Positions 61,439-64,000 of a stretch of DNA of 64,000 nt are shown piece by piece (the first letter of the stretch is position 1; each line of letters starts with the position of its first letter). The notes below the pieces were generated by a model that was given only the letters and a program-made list of their open reading frames with translations, was not told where the DNA came from and searched no databases. The stretch lies in assembly GCA_963827475.1 (NCBI GenBank), contig CAWHAZ010000004.1:128001-192000 (forward strand), read 5' to 3'. The translations under genes and the position numbers were made by a program. The DNA is from an uncultured Chloroflexia bacterium. GTDB taxonomy: Bacteria > Chloroflexota > Limnocylindria > QHBO01.

Positions 61439-62046
61439 CGGAGCGCATCGCGGCCACCCCCGACGGGCTCGCGGAGGCGGCGGAGCTGCTGCGCGGCGGT
61501 GCGCTGGTCGCCTTCCCGACCGACACGGTGCACGGGGTCGGCTGTCGGGCCGATGACGCCGACGCCCTGGACCGGCTGTTCGTCCTGAAGGGCCGGCCGG
61601 CGGACCGTCGGATCGCCTGGCTGGTGGCGGACCTGGAGCAGGCGACGGGCCTTGGCCTGGACGTGGACGAGCGTGCCCGCACCCTGTCGGAGGCGCTCTG
61701 GCCCGGCGGGCTGACCCTCATCCTCCCCGCCACCGGCCGGTCCGACGGCGCCTCGACACTTGGGATCCGGGCGCCCGACCACCCGACCACCCGGGCCCTG
61801 CTGGCGGCCACCGGCCCGATGCCCGTCACCAGCGCCAACCCGCACGGCTTCCCGGAGTGCTACACCGCGGATGACGTGCTCATCGCGTTCGCCGGCGCGG
61901 CCGACCTGGCGGCGGTGATCGACGGCGAGTCGCCCGGCGGCGTGGCGTCATCGGTCCTGGACCTGAGCGGCGATACGCCGCGCCTGCTGCGCGAGGGCGC
62001 GATCGGACGGGATCGGCTCGAGGCGCTGGTGGGGCCGATAGACTGA
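61435..62046 (+). CDS. tsaC: Threonylcarbamoyl-AMP synthase (TsaC/Sua5/YrdC)
   Basis: VAFPTDTVHG, LKGRP, WPGGLT, TSANP, LLREG. Confidence 0.9.
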   Translation: MTERIAATPDGLAEAAELLRGGALVAFPTDTVHGVGCRADDADALDRLFVLKGRPADRRIAWLVADLEQATGLGLDVDERARTLSEALWPGGLTLILPATGRSDGASTLGIRAPDHPTTRALLAATGPMPVTSANPHGFPECYTADDVLIAFAGAADLAAVIDGESPGGVASSVLDLSGDTPRLLREGAIGRDRLEALVGPID

Positions 62047-62051
62047 CCGTC

Positions 62052-62504
62052 GTGCGCGTCGCGATCGGATCGGACCACGCCGGATTCGTCCTGAAGAGCC
62101 TCCTCTGCCGGATGCTGGACGAGATGGGCGTCGAGTACCGCGACTTCGGGACGAACAGCGAGGAAGCGGTTGACTACCCCGATGTCATCGCCCCGGTCGC
62201 GCGCGCCGTGGCCCGCGGCGAGTACGAGCGAGGGATCGTGCTCGGCGGCAGCGGAACCGGGGAGGCGATCGTCGCCAACAAGATCCGCGGCATCCGCTGC
62301 GTGCAGGCCGCCAGCCCGGAGGTCGCGCGGCTCGGTCGCGAGCACAACGACGCCAACGTCCTGTCGCTCGGTGCCCGGGTGACGACCGCGGACGTGGCCG
62401 AGGCCTGCGTGCGCGCTTTCCTGGAGGCCGAGTTCGAGGGCGGCCGGCACGTCCGCCGGGTGGCGAAGATCGCGGCCCTGGAGGCGGAGGAGGCAGGCCG
62501 CTGA
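62052..62504 (+). CDS. rpiB: Ribose-5-phosphate isomerase B
   Basis: GSDHAG, DYP, GGSGTGE (Cys-less type), ANK, HNDANVL, GGRHVRR. Confidence 0.95.
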   Translation: MRVAIGSDHAGFVLKSLLCRMLDEMGVEYRDFGTNSEEAVDYPDVIAPVARAVARGEYERGIVLGGSGTGEAIVANKIRGIRCVQAASPEVARLGREHNDANVLSLGARVTTADVAEACVRAFLEAEFEGGRHVRRVAKIAALEAEEAGR

Positions 62505-63775
62505 GTCTGTACCTGGAGCCCGACGAGCGGGCTCTGCTGGCGGGGGAGGCGGGCACGGGGACGGCGCTGGCCATGCGCCTCATCGTCCGCGCGGCGGAGG
62601 TGCTCGAGGCGGATCGGCTCATCCCGATCACCGGCGCCCACGTCGACTCGTGCCTGTACCACGGCCAGGCGACCCTCGACTTCGTCGACCGCCTGGTGGA
62701 CGGCGGGGCGACGGTCCGGGTCCCGACCACCCTGAACGTCGGCGCGGTCGACCTGCTCCATCCCGAGCTGTGGCGCGGTGACCCGGACCTCGGGGCGCAG
62801 GGCCGGCGGCTGATGGACCGCTACCGTGCGCTCGGCTGCCGGCCGACGTTCACCTGCGCCCCGTATCAGCTCGCCGACGCGCGGCCGGGCCTCGGGGAGC
62901 AGGTGGCGTGGGGCGAGTCGAACGCCATCGCGTTCGCCAACTCGGTGCTCGGCGCCCGCACCAACCGCTACGGCGACTTCATGGACGTCGCGGCCGCGAT
63001 CACCGGCCGCGTCCCGGACGCCGGCCTCCACCGGACCGATGAACGTCGGGCCCGCGTCGTCCTCTCGCTCGGTGACGACGTGCCGCCCGCGCTCCTCGAC
63101 GAGGACAGCCTGTACCCGGTGCTGGGCATCGTCATCGGACGGCTTGCCGGGGCGCGGGTGCCGGCGGTGGTCGGCCTGCCGCCCGGTGTTGGCGAGGACC
63201 GCCTGAAGGCCCTCGGTGCCGCGGCGGCGTCATCGGGCTCCGTGGCCCTGTTCCACGTCGTCGGCTCCACCCCGGAGGCGGCGACCCTTGCCGACGCGCT
63301 GCAGGGCACCGCGCCCGAGGAGGAGCTCAGTGGTATCCATGGAGGACCTGCGGCGAGCCCGGGCCGAGCTGGGCGGCGAGGCCGGCGGACCGATCAGCTG
63401 CCGTGAGCCTGGGGACTCCCGCACGCCTCGGCTGCGGAGCTGTCGGAGGTCGCGGAGCTGCTGGCCGGCCGCCACGTGGCCGGGACCGTGGAGCTGGTCA
63501 TCTCCACGGCCCGCGACACGCTGGCCGACGCGGAGGCGAACGGCGTGGCGCAGCGGCTCCGTGACGCCGGCGCCGAGCTGCTGGTCGACACCTGCTCCTA
63601 CATCTCGCCCATCCTCCGCTCGCCGCCCGGCCCGGTCATGACCGATTCAGGGAAGTGGGCGTACTACGCGCCGGCCAACATCGGGGCGCAGGTCGTGCTC
63701 GGCAGCCGGCGCGAGTGCGTGGAGTCGGCGGTGGCCGGGCACGTGGTGCGTGACGGGTCATGGGGGTCCGCGTGA
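62501..63775 (+). CDS. Aconitase X catalytic (large) subunit, DUF521; three apparent +1 insertions near 63329, 63396, 63420
   Basis: AHVDSCLYHG, PTTLN, PTFTCAPY, ESNA, GARTNR, then LGTPH, DTC, MTDSGKWAYY; possible CTG start overlapping the rpiB stop. Confidence 0.85.
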
Positions 63776-64000
63776 GCGGCCGTCTCATCGCCCCCGGGCG
63801 CGCCCAGGCCCCCGCGCTGGTCCTCGACGAGCCGCTGTCGCTGTGGGGCGGCCTCGATCCCGCCACCGGCCACGTCATCGAGCCCCGACACCCGCAGCAC
63901 GGTGGGCTGGTCACGGGCCGGGTGCTGGTCATGCCCGCGGTCCGCGGGTCCTCCTCCTCCGCCAGCGTCCTGGCCGAGGCGGTCCGGGCCGGCACCGCGC
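63772..64000 (+). CDS. Aconitase X swivel (small) subunit, DUF126, truncated by window end
   Basis: GTG start; PLSLWGGLDPATG...HPQ...LVMPAVRGSSSS. Confidence 0.88.
   Translation, partial: MSGRLIAPGRAQAPALVLDEPLSLWGGLDPATGHVIEPRHPQHGGLVTGRVLVMPAVRGSSSSASVLAEAVRAGTA

Overview
High-GC bacterial chromosomal window spanning the replication origin; gene content and sequence style suggest Chloroflexota, possibly Limnocylindria-like (inference). Left to right: end of a nuo operon (nuoL-M-N); an atypical sortase-like gene; a degenerate ABC pair; an ArsR-led operon resembling the actinobacterial phosphatidylinositol/PIM pathway (pgsA, ino1, two PatA-like acyltransferases, PHP phosphatase, pimA); an attenuator-preceded ABC + tandem GNAT operon; a Lia/Psp-like pair; a 1532-aa double GT-C fusion divergent from a GT2; the dnaA-oriC-dnaN-recF-dciA operon with an unusual pseudo-PP2C membrane protein; rpmH-rnpA-yidD-yidC-jag; tmRNA, smpB, ctpA, ftsXE, prfB (programmed frameshift), a Cys-rich ORF, secA; parA-parB-gyrB-gyrA-prs with a perfect parS; mreD-mrdA-rodA; rplU-rpmA-rpmE, prfA-prmC-tsaC-rpiB and aconitase X. 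No mobile elements or CRISPR arrays seen. About ten apparent single-base insertions break otherwise intact genes and are most likely sequencing errors. Best novelty candidates: the PIM-like operon with an embedded candidate PIP phosphatase, the dual GT-C fusion, the double-CxxxCxxC protein coupled to prfB, a structured micro-ORF RNA upstream of smpB, a leader-peptide attenuator, and a Ser-type sortase.
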